Position numbers and translations under genes: made by a program. A stretch of DNA of 64,000 nucleotides from an uncultured Actinomycetes bacterium (GTDB taxonomy: Bacteria; Actinomycetota; Acidimicrobiia; IMCC26256; JACDBD01): positions 710,793-774,792 of the forward strand of contig CAWAGI010000001.1 in the NCBI GenBank assembly GCA_963781615.1, written 5' to 3'. The notes beneath the pieces are model-generated. The model was not told the origin of the DNA. It saw nothing but the letters and a program-made list of their open reading frames with translations, and did not search any database. This document shows positions 47,974 to 56,520 of this stretch, piece by piece; the stretch's first letter is position 1, and each line of letters begins with the position of its first letter.

Positions 47974-49783
47974 ATGCGTATCGAGGACTACGGCTTCATC
48001 GGTGACACACACACCGGCGCCCTGGTGGGTCGTGACGGGACGGTGGACTGGCTCTGCCTACCGCGCTTCGACTCGGCGTCGTGTTTTGCCGCCCTGGTGG
48101 GAGAGAAGCGGCACGGGTGCTGGCGCCTGGCGCCGGCGGGCGATTTCCGGACGAGCTCTCGTCGCTATCGGCCGGGGACGCTCGTCCTCGAGACAGATTT
48201 CGAGACGGCGGACGGCGCGGTCCGGGTCATCGATTTCATGCCCGCGGCGCGCCGGTGGTCCGCCGCGGCTGATGCGGATCGTGGAGGGCCTGCGTGGGCG
48301 GGTTTCGATGCAGATGGAGCTGTTGCTGCGGCCGGACTACGCCTCGATCACGCCGTGGGTGGAGCCGGTGCCCGACGGGACGATCGCCACCGCCGGGCCC
48401 GACGCGTTCCGGTTGAGCACGCCGCTGGCGCTGGAGATCGAAGAGGGAACGGTGAGTACCGACTTCGTCGTCACCGAGGGCGCCCGGGAGCGGTTCACGC
48501 TCACTTGGCACGCCTCGTTCGAGGAGTCGCCGCCGGTCGAGGACGCCGACTCGGCGTTGGGTCGGACGGAGGCTTGGTGGCAGTCGTGGAGCGGTCGTTG
48601 CAGGTACCAGGGGCCGTATCGGGACGAGGTGCTGGTTTCGCTGATGGCGCTGAAGGCCATGACGTCCGAGACGACCGGCGCCATCATTGCGGCGCCGACC
48701 ACCTCCTTGCCGGAGGACATCGGCGGGGTGCGCAATTGGGACTATCGCTTCTGCTGGCTGCGCGACTCGGTGCTCGCGCTCGAGGCGATGCTCGTCGGCG
48801 GCTTCACGGACGAGGCGCTCGGCTTCCGCGACTTCCTGCGCGGGCCGGCACTGGTGACCCGGCCAAGGGCCAGATCATGTACGGGATCGGCGGCGAACGG
48901 CGTCTCACAGAGTTCGAGCTCGACGATCTCCCCGGCTACGAGGGCTCCAAGCCGGTGCGGGTCGGCAACGCGGCATCCGAGCAGTTCCAGCTCGATGTCT
49001 ACGGCGAGGTGATCGGCGTGGTGCATCTGGGCACCGAGTCGCCTTGGCGCTGATCGAGAAGCGGATCTGGCCTCGCTGGCGCACGGTGATCGAATTCGTC
49101 GAGTCGATCTGGCGCGAGCCTGACGACGGGATCTGGGAGTCGCGCGGGCCGCGCCGCCACTACACCTACTCAAAAGTGATGGCCTGGGTGGTGTTCGACC
49201 GTGGCGTGCGACTCGTCGAACGCTTCGGACTCGACGCGCCCTTGGAGCGCTGGAAGCAGGTCCGCGACGAGATCCACCGCGAGGTCTGCGAGCGAGGATA
49301 CGACCCCGAGCGGCACACATTCACCCAGTACTACGGATCCGAGGAGCTCGATGCGAGCGTGCTCAACATCCCGATCGTCGGGTTCCTGCCGGGCACCGAC
49401 GAACGCGTCACGGGAACGATCGACGCCGTCTGGCGCGAGCTGGGTCGCGACGGCTTCGTCTCGCGGTACTCGACCGCGCGAGACCGACGACGGACTGGCC
49501 GGTGACGAGAGCACAGTTCCTGGCCTGCTCGTTCTGGCTGGTCAGCGCATTGGCGCTCAACGGCCGCGTCGACGACGCCCGCGCGCCTGTTCGAGCGACT
49601 CCTCGGTCTCACCAACGACCTCGGCCTGCTGGCCGAGGAGTACGACGTCGAGCGCCGGCGGCAGGTCGGCAACTTCCCCCAGGCGTTCAGCCATCTCACC
49701 CTGATCCGCGCGCGGCGGTCGCCATCGATGCGGCGGAGACCAAACCGGCCGGGACGGCCGGACCGACGGAGGTGACTCGATGA
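47974..49783 (+). pseudogene. glycoside hydrolase family 15 (glucoamylase/trehalase-like), at least 6-7 frame changes
   Basis: A recognisable GH15 sequence is spread over ORFs 47401..49053, 48002..49012, 49044..49505, 49201..49704 and 49502..49783 plus one unlisted frame. The pieces run MRIEDYGFIGDTHTGALVGRDGTVDWLCLPRFDS... ...RNWDYRFCWLRDS... ...QIMYGIGGER...PVRVGNAASEQFQLDVYGE... ...DDGLAGDE / AQFLACSFWLV / LGLLAEEYD...GNFPQAFSHLTLIRA. Confidence 0.8.
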
Positions 49784-49839
49784 AGACGGCGATCGTCGGA
49801 GGCGTCGCAGCGGTGCCTCGACTGCGGCACGCCTCAGGC

Positions 49840-50074
49840 ATCTCGACGAGACAGCGGAGATCGCGCGCAGCGGGCGGCTCGAAGATGAGCGAATGGTGTT
49901 CGAGAAGATGCTCACGTACGCCAACCACGTCGGGCTGTTCGCCGAAGAGATCGGCCTCGCCGGCGAGCAGCTCGGGAACTTCCCCAAGCCTGCACGCACC
50001 TCGCACTCAGCAACGCCGCCATCAACCTCGACTACCAGCTCGACCACGGCGCCGGACGAGTCGACGTGACCTAA
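49840..50074 (+). pseudogene. 3' fragment of a second, diverged GH15 gene
   Basis: The sequence reads ...[37 protein letters not shown]. After a 1-nt shift inside TTCCCCAAG it continues [29 protein letters not shown], with TAA at 50072-50074. There is no N-terminal two-thirds. Confidence 0.6.
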
Positions 50075-50185
50075 TGCCACCCTCCCTTGCGGCCGAGAGG
50101 CAAGGTCTTCGGACCCGGAACCAGCGGGTCGAATGGCCCTGGCCCGAGCCGGTTGCGCGGCGCAGACTCAAGGCAGCTGGCGGCA

Positions 50186-50281
50186 CTCCGCAAACCCGCG
50201 AGCCAACGAGACGTCCCCCTTGGGTGACCATCCCCCCAGGGGGTGTCGTTGTCTCGCTAAGACACGCGAGGAGTAGGGCCA
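50186..50281 (+). promoter_or_regulatory. conserved hairpin leader, copy 2
   Basis: CTCCGCAAACCCGCGAGCCAACGAGACGTCCCCCTTGGGTGACCATCCCCCCAGGGGGTGTCGTTGTCTCGC..GCGAGGAGTAGGGCCA contains a hairpin at 50205-50250. GAGGAG lies 8 nt before the ATG. Confidence 0.4.
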
Positions 50282-50371
50282 ATGCGAAAGTTCTTCATGG
50301 TGATCGCGGCCCTCATCGTGGCCATCATCGTTGGTGCTCTGGTCTTCCGGCGAATCACGGAAGACAAATAG
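50282..50371 (+). CDS. tiny single-TM peptide (29 aa)
   Basis: The sequence is MRKFFMVIAALIVAIIVGALVFRRITEDK. It has a good RBS and a paralog at 38958..39191. Confidence 0.5.
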   Translation: MRKFFMVIAALIVAIIVGALVFRRITEDK

Positions 50372-50548
50372 CCCGATGGGGTGCCTTGCACAAGAGTCTG
50401 CACGCGAGCCGAGCAGCCGTTCTCCCAGAGCGCGGCTCAGGACTCGATGGCCGCAGCGAAAAGGCGCGGTGTTATCACACCATCGGCATGATGACGCCCA
50501 GGACGAAGATCGGTACCGTCGGAGATCCATTGACGGAGGTGACGACTG

Positions 50549-51007
50549 ATGGCCCAAGAAGAAGTCGACGAGCTCGGGCCCGTCGACTACGTGGTGCTCG
50601 AGTTTCCGGGCTCCGAGTTCACCGGTGACATCGCACCGGCACTTTTTGATCTCGTCGATCGTGATCTTGTTCGGGTGCTCGACTTGCTCGTAATCAAGAA
50701 GGAACAGGACGGCACGATCGACGCGTTTGAGCTTTCCGACCTCGATGACACCGAGGTCGGCGAACTGCGCCATCACGAGGCCGACCTCGCGATGCTGCTG
50801 TCGGAGGACGACGTCACGGCGCTAGCCGCCGCGATCGAGCCGGGCAGCACCGCCGCAGTGCTGGTCTGGGAGAACTCGTGGGCTGCGCCGTTCGCGAGCG
50901 CCGTTCGGCATTCCGGCGGTCAACTCGTCGCGAGCGGCCGCATCCCGATCCAGGCTCTCGTCGCCGCGGTGGAGGCCGACGAGGCCGACGACCCTGAAGG
51001 AGCATGA
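50549..51007 (+). CDS. DUF6325-like protein
   Basis: The ATG is preceded by GGAGGTG. The sequence reads MAQEEVDELGPVDYVVLEFPGSEFTGDIAPALFDLVDRDLVRVLDLLVIKKEQDGTIDAFEL...GSTAAVLVWENSWAAPF. Confidence 0.8.
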   Translation: MAQEEVDELGPVDYVVLEFPGSEFTGDIAPALFDLVDRDLVRVLDLLVIKKEQDGTIDAFELSDLDDTEVGELRHHEADLAMLLSEDDVTALAAAIEPGSTAAVLVWENSWAAPFASAVRHSGGQLVASGRIPIQALVAAVEADEADDPEGA

Positions 51008-51008
51008 C

Positions 51009-51143
51009 ATGCCACTTGCAGCGAGACGTATGCGCCGTGGCGGCGTGGTCGGACCGGCGCCGGTCGCCCGGACTGCCGCGACAGTCGGTACGGCCGCCGT
51101 CGTGACACGTGGTGTGAGACGCCGAAGGGGCCGCCGCCGCTGA
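51009..51143 (+). CDS. small Arg-rich protein (44 aa), typical partner of DUF6325 genes
   Basis: ATGACATG forms a stop/start junction, and GAAGGAG lies 7 nt upstream. The sequence is MPLAARRMRRGGVVGPAPVARTAATVGTAAVVTRGVRRRRGRRR. Confidence 0.45.
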   Translation: MPLAARRMRRGGVVGPAPVARTAATVGTAAVVTRGVRRRRGRRR

Positions 51144-51149
51144 GGCTGG

Positions 51150-51265
51150 AACCACGATTCGATCTCCGCGTCGCCGAAACGTACCCGGTCTGGTCCATCA
51201 TCATCACTATCGACGTGCTCGTGATATGGGCGCTCACGGGGCACGGCGGTGAGATGCGTATTACT
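51150..51265 (+). pseudogene. 5'-truncated remnant of a second DUF7144-like gene
   Basis: ETYPVWSIIIITIDVLVIWALTGHGGEMR aligns with the last 30 aa of 46016..46441 (VYPIWAIIVITIDALVIWALTAHGGEMRSY). The stop codon was lost through a 1-nt difference. Confidence 0.6.
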
Positions 51266-51314
51266 GACGTCAAGAATCGGTCCGCGGCGCGCTTGGCGTC
51301 TCGACAGAGGTGGG

Positions 51315-51344
51315 CGGAGTGGGTGGCAAACGCCACCCACTCCG
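51315..51344 (+). terminator. 13-bp GC-rich hairpin (possible intrinsic terminator, no U-tract)
   Basis: CGGAGTGGGTGGC-AAAC-GCCACCCACTCCG, read directly from the sequence. Confidence 0.3.
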
Positions 51345-51829
51345 GTCCGTCGGAGGGCCCGTAAACCGCGCCAAGTCGAACTCGGCCACACGCACCGAAC
51401 AAACGCTCGCCCAGCGGTCTTCGCCCCACCCAGAACCGGCAGAGAGAGTGTCGGTGTGCGCTCCCCCACACCGCCTTCGGACCTCGACGCGTGTGTGCTC
51501 GGGGACGCGATCTCGTTGTCCTCATTGCACTTCGAAGCGGACGAAACGTGTCACGACGCTCGACTCAGGCGGCCCAAATTCGTGTCGGTGGGGCGACTTG
51601 AACTCCCACCCCTTACGGGGACTAACCCGTTCAGACGCAGCGCGAGCTGGAAGGGCGCTCGGCGTCATGACGCGCGACGCACCACGGCGCCCGGAACGTG
51701 ACAGGCGCGTCATGCTCCGGTCCGCGAAATGTCCGCGCGAGTCCGCGAAACGGGAGGGTACGGATGCGAACTACAGCGCAGTGCTTTCGCAGGTCAGAGG
51801 GCATTTAGCCATGTCAGCCGCCCCTCGAA

Positions 51830-51862
51830 ACAGAATCCGGCGTACAGGCCGACTCGCCACCC
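51830..51862 (+). repeat. 33-nt direct repeat, copy 2 (orphan copy of the rnpB 3' end; putative attR)
   Basis: It is identical to 37102-37134. No other RNase P sequence surrounds it. Confidence 0.9.
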
Positions 51863-51986
51863 TTACGCTTGTGAGCAGGGGAATCGCAGCTAGGGTCCGT
51901 GCGCACGTGAGCGCCGCCGAGGCGCTCGACTTGGCTTCGAGACGAGTCGCCGACGGCATGGAGCGATGTGACGCAACCAGGTCACG

Positions 51987-53139
51987 TCAGAACGGCTGGT
52001 GCACGCTGTCGATGATCTGGCCCAACACCCTTTCGGGCTTGTAGCGGCGGGCGAGCTGATCGCGAGCCCAGCCGATCGGATTGCTGCGTACGAACATGAG
52101 CCGGGCGAGGCGGCGGGAGTCGGTCTGGTTGCGCTCGAATGACGCCGCGGCACCGCTTCTCGTACAACTCGAGGGCGAGCGGGATCGAGGACGCCTCTGC
52201 GCGGGACAGCTCGTCAGCGAGGGCAGAAGCTGCCCGAAGAGCGTTCGACGCGCCGACGCCCGCGGTCGGGAGAAACGCGACGGCGGCGTCGCCGCACAGC
52301 GCGACCCGGCCGTCGAACCAGCGGCGGGACCGAACGTCGCGCATCGGCCACGGGTAGGCACGGTCGAGGTCTTCGATCGCTGCCGCGATCGAGGCGTCCG
52401 TGGAAGCCAGCGGTTGGACGCGGTCGCGCAACAACGCTGCGACCGCGACACGATTGCGTTCGGTAGCGTCGCTCCCGGGCGCGGCAAAGTCAGATGCAGG
52501 GCCGCCGGCGGCGCACATCAGCTGACCTGGCGACGGATACGCACCGAAGAACCAGCCGCGTCCCCAGAACTCGCGCACGACTGCGGGGTCGAACCGTCCG
52601 GCGTCGGCCCACCAGGTCCACAGCACCCACCCGGCGTCGAACCCGGACTGGCAGCCGAAGATTCGGTCGCGGGTCGCGCTGCCGATGCCGTCGCACGCGA
52701 CGACGAGGTCGAAGCGATCATGGCTGCCGTCGTCGAAGATCACTTCGACCCCATCGGCGTCCCGAAGGACATCACTAACCGTCGTGCCACGCCGTACGGG
52801 GACGCCGGCCGCGCGCTCGAGCAGCCCCAAAAGCTCGGCACGGCCGAGCATGACCATCGGGCCGATTCCTTCAGTGAGCACCTTCATGTCCATCGTCTGC
52901 AGCGGCCGACCGGCACCGTCAGCGAGCTCGTAGGTCTCCACGATGCGACCCGCCGCGACGAACTCGTCGTAGGCGCCGATGCCGTGCAACACACAGCTCC
53001 CGAGGGGATACAGGCCGATGGCGTAGCCGTCCTCCGTGTCGGTGGCACGCTCGACCACGACGGTCTCGCGGTCCTGCTGCGCAAGACGGGCGGCGAGCGT
53101 CAGACCCGCAACGCCGGCCCCGACGATCAAGACACGCAC
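51987..53139 (-). CDS. FAD-dependent monooxygenase (UbiH/PheA-type); frame break ~52127-52142
   Basis: MRVLIVGAGVAGLTLAARL...ACDGIGSATR...ALCGDAAVAFLPTAGVGASNAL...LELYEKR lies in ORF 51982..53139. The C-terminus (ERNQTDSRRLARLMFVRSNPIGWARDQLARRY...) is in ORF 51987..52487. Confidence 0.8.
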
Positions 53140-53276
53140 CCCCGCATCTTTCCAGCAGGGCCTCGCTGCCGCATTCCGCGGATTGGATCGGAGGGTGAGT
53201 GCAGCGCAACGGGTCCGTTACGACACGCAGAACGGCTGCCTCGCGCGAACGCGACCGATCGACGGCTCTGGGGCGC

Positions 53277-54230
53277 TCACTCGTCGAGGCCCTTGGCGAA
53301 GCCGACGCGCCACGTTGACCAGCGGGGCTGCCAGCCGAGCTCGCGTTTGGCCTTGGCGTTCGACCCGCCCCGGATCTCGGTCATCATCACGACGACGGCC
53401 TCGCCGGCCAGCAGCCGGCCCACGAAGCGCGGGACCCGCATCGGCTTCTTGGCGCCGACTTGCTCGGCCAGGAACGGCAGCCACTCGCGCACTGGCGCCG
53501 GCTCGTCGTCGACGACGTTGTAGATCCCGGGCCCGCCGTTGCCGACGGCCGCCACAGTGGCGCCCACCGCGTCCTCGATGTGCAGGAACGACCAGACACC
53601 GGCGCCGTCACCGATGATCGGGAACCGCCGCTTCCGGATGCCCTTGGTCGTCACGGACTCGGGATCAGCGCTGAGGCTGGTGCCCGGTCCGTAGAGACCG
53701 CCGTAGCGCAACACGAGACCTTCGGCCCAGTCGATACCGGTCACCGCGTCCTCGACGTAGCGGGCGGCGTCGGACATGGGACGCACTTTGGCCGGCAGAT
53801 CGAGGTCCCGTGGGTCGTCCTCGGTCTTGACCGGACCTCCGGTTCGGGCGTACGTGCCGATGGCGACGACGCTCTGGGCGATGAAACGGCGGACGCCGAC
53901 GGCCCGGCCCGCCGCCAGCAGGTGGTCGGTGCCCTCCGTGCGCAACCGGTTGGTCATGGCGAAGAAGCGGTCAGGGTGCCGCAGGTCCATGTCACCCGAC
54001 AGGGCGGTGAGCTCGTGGACGATCACCTCGGGCTCGGACTCGGCCACGACACGGGAAACGGCGTCGGGATCCAGTGCGTCGGCCACGACCGGCCGGGCGC
54101 CGAGGTCCCGCACGGCGTCGGCCTTGGCCGGCGACCGGGTCATGCCGATCACGTCGTGGCCGGCGGCGGCGAGCTGGGGAACGAGCTCGGTGCCGATCGC
54201 ACCGGTTGCTCCGGCGACGAACACTTTCAT
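53277..54230 (-). CDS. NAD-dependent epimerase/dehydratase family protein
   Basis: The ATG at 54230 is preceded by AAGGAG. The sequence starts MKVFVAGATGAIGTELVPQLAAAGHDVIGMTRS... and is 317 aa. Confidence 0.88.
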   Translation of the reverse strand: MKVFVAGATGAIGTELVPQLAAAGHDVIGMTRSPAKADAVRDLGARPVVADALDPDAVSRVVAESEPEVIVHELTALSGDMDLRHPDRFFAMTNRLRTEGTDHLLAAGRAVGVRRFIAQSVVAIGTYARTGGPVKTEDDPRDLDLPAKVRPMSDAARYVEDAVTGIDWAEGLVLRYGGLYGPGTSLSADPESVTTKGIRKRRFPIIGDGAGVWSFLHIEDAVGATVAAVGNGGPGIYNVVDDEPAPVREWLPFLAEQVGAKKPMRVPRFVGRLLAGEAVVVMMTEIRGGSNAKAKRELGWQPRWSTWRVGFAKGLDE

Positions 54231-54635
54231 GCGTGTCTCCTTTCTCGATGCACCTTCGGGCGGTGAGTTCTGCAGACGAGATAGGCCTGCTTCCTTTGGA
54301 CATATCCGGTGTCTCCGCCGGACAAACGGCTCGTGGCAGCGGCGCGGCAAGAGAACGGCGCATGGCAAGTTGTCATGCCTTCGCAACACATGACGCGCGG
54401 AATGACCATCCGACGTACGGACAATTGCCCCATGCCTCAGATTGTCCTGGTCGTCACGTTCGTCTCGGCCGTCGGGGTTGGCCTCGTGTACGTGGTGCAC
54501 GATTCGAGGCGAGATACGCGCCGCAGCAGCTGAGCGATCGTCCGCAACGCCTTGCGATCGCCATGGTAAGCGGACACCACACGTGTTCGTCTGGCTCGTG
54601 CGGGCTGCGAAGAGCGAGCACCATCCACCTAGCCG

Positions 54636-55484
54636 TCAGCTCGTCAGGAACCGGAGGGTGGCCATCGCGACAGCTTCGGGTTGCTGGACGCCGAGGTCGT
54701 GCGACCCTTCGGGGATCTCGATCAGGCGGCCGTCGCGAAGCCGTCGGATCATCTCCTGGGCGGTCGACCGGGAGAGCAGCGGGCTCTGCTCGCCGCGGAC
54801 GACGAGGGTCGGCGCGACGATGTCGTCGACGGCGTTCCACAGCTGGTCCTCGCGAATACCTCGGGTTGCGAACTTGATCAGGCCGGCAGCGTCGAATCGC
54901 CAAGTAAGGAGTCCATCGGCGCCTGGCACGAGGTTGTGTTGCACGTAGTTGCGTTGGAGGGGCTCGCGAGAAAGAGGGTCGGCCGCCAACGACTCCTCGA
55001 CCGCCGTTTGGACGTCGGGATACGTCGCCCCGGCCATGCCGGCCAGCATCACCGGCAGCTCTTGGCGCGCCCAGTCAGTGTTGAGGCTGTCCGGCCCGAT
55101 GTCGATCATCACGAGGCGCCGGATCAAGTCCGGCCGGTAAGCGGCGCAGATGCACGCGGCCATTGCGCCCATTGAGTGGCCGGCGACGTGTACCGACGCT
55201 CCAATACGCGTGATCAACTCGGCGAGGTCGTCGGCCATGGTGCTTGCGGTGTACTCGCCGGCCCAGTCGGTCTCGCCATGCCCACGCTGGTCGACCGCGA
55301 GGACACGGAGGTCGTTCGACAGCATTGCGACGAGCGTGTCCCACTCGCGCGAGTGGCCCATGATTCCATGAAGGAACACGACGGTGGGCGAGCCGGGATC
55401 TCCCGCTTCACGGTAATGGAAGCGCAGGCCGTTGACGTCAGTGAAGCAGTCGCGGCCCACCGTGACAGCAACCAGATCTGTCAT
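54636..55484 (-). CDS. alpha/beta hydrolase
   Basis: 282 aa with HG (FLHGIMGHS), the nucleophile elbow (GHSMGA) and a C-terminal GSHDL. Confidence 0.9.
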   Translation of the reverse strand: MTDLVAVTVGRDCFTDVNGLRFHYREAGDPGSPTVVFLHGIMGHSREWDTLVAMLSNDLRVLAVDQRGHGETDWAGEYTASTMADDLAELITRIGASVHVAGHSMGAMAACICAAYRPDLIRRLVMIDIGPDSLNTDWARQELPVMLAGMAGATYPDVQTAVEESLAADPLSREPLQRNYVQHNLVPGADGLLTWRFDAAGLIKFATRGIREDQLWNAVDDIVAPTLVVRGEQSPLLSRSTAQEMIRRLRDGRLIEIPEGSHDLGVQQPEAVAMATLRFLTS

Positions 55485-55899
55485 CGTCGACCTCCTGCGC
55501 GCGATCGAGCAGCGAACGTGCTACCGGTCGGGTTGCCATCACGTCACCTCTGCCGTCACCGCCGGGACGAACAAGCACCTCGCGGCAGTGCGCTCGATGT
55601 GCCCGGCCGTTGCTTGACCCACATCGAACGCGACCTGCCGCGAGGCGACTCACGAACACCGCAAGAAGGGACAGCGCTCGACGGCGACGTAGGCCGTACG
55701 GAGCGCCGAACGCACTTGGGCAGATATCGACGAGCGAGACGGGTGGGCGGAGCTCCGCTCACCGATTGTGCCTTGACCATGCGAGGCCCTTCACAGCGGC
55801 TCCGGTGAGCGTCGCGTCGGAAGATGACGGCACCGCGCCCGAAGTGTTGCCGTCACACGACGATCGATGCCGATTCCATACGATCGACCGGGCACCGGC

Positions 55900-56520
55900 T
55901 CAGCGTCCGTCGCTGGCAGGCGAAGGAACGATCCCTGCATAGTCAGTCCGGCCGACGGGCTCGCCTGTCAGCGTGCCGTCCCCCGTCGGTACATCGATCG
56001 GTCGACCGTCGAGCTCGAATCGCACGCGACTGACGGGTAACGACTCCGTCGCAGTGAAGACGATCTGCGCAAAGGCGACGATGCGCGCCTGACCGCGCAC
56101 CCGGTCGAATGATCCGCCGAGCTCAACGGTGGCGACCGCTCCGTGTGCGTCGACCCGGCTCACCTTGCTGCCAGCCGGGATATCGGTACGCAGGCCTGCC
56201 TCCGATTCTGCCTCGGTGGCTCCTCGCACCAGCGAGTGCAGCACCTCGGCTTGGGTCGGTGGCCGCGTCTGGCTGCGTATCGTCGGGACGAGTGAGTTCG
56301 ACCGCGCCAAGTAGACGACATAGCTGTGCAGCCCGGGCGCCGAAGCAGCCTCGTCCGGCCGAGGCTGGCGCGACAGCAAGTCGAACGGAACGGTCTCGCG
56401 ATCGACGGTCTCCGGCTCTGATTGGGTGCTCACGCCGCAGCCGGCCGCAATGACGCCGAGCAACGCGACCAGAGTGGCAAGGACGATTCGGCTCGACCGG
56501 CGCTTCAATTGTGTCTCCAC
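55900..56520 (-). CDS. GerMN-domain lipoprotein (short LpqB-like)
   Basis: The sequence reads VETQLKRRSSRIVLATLVALLGVIAAGCGV (lipobox AAGC) ...VVYLARSNSLVPTIRS...VATVELGGSF...ESLPVSRVRFELDG. The start overlaps the end of the kinase gene. Confidence 0.78.
   Translation of the reverse strand: METQLKRRSSRIVLATLVALLGVIAAGCGVSTQSEPETVDRETVPFDLLSRQPRPDEAASAPGLHSYVVYLARSNSLVPTIRSQTRPPTQAEVLHSLVRGATEAESEAGLRTDIPAGSKVSRVDAHGAVATVELGGSFDRVRGQARIVAFAQIVFTATESLPVSRVRFELDGRPIDVPTGDGTLTGEPVGRTDYAGIVPSPASDGR

Larger units (their letters stand above)
37135..51829. mobile_element. putative degraded genomic island inserted at the 3' end of rnpB (14.7 kb, no integrase found)
   Basis: The block is bracketed by the 33-nt perfect direct repeat. 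Lines I counted are visibly more AT-rich (48-63% GC against 70-77% in the core). The cargo is accessory or paralogous, and gene remnants sit at the right end. Confidence 0.45.

Noticed and set aside
51570-51625. tRNA-like segment (T-loop TTCAAGT, 4/5-bp T-stem, possible acceptor 3' strand, adjacent CCCC/GGGG hairpin) on the minus strand.
   Set aside because: No complementary 5' acceptor strand and no anticodon stem-loop can be drawn. At best it is a relic, not a tRNA gene.
54432-54533. 33-aa hydrophobic ORF (MPQIVLVVTFVSAVGVGLVYVVHDSRRDTRRSS) similar in style to the tiny TM peptides.
   Set aside because: It has no Shine-Dalgarno sequence, no conserved leader and no paralog in the window, so it is too weak to call.
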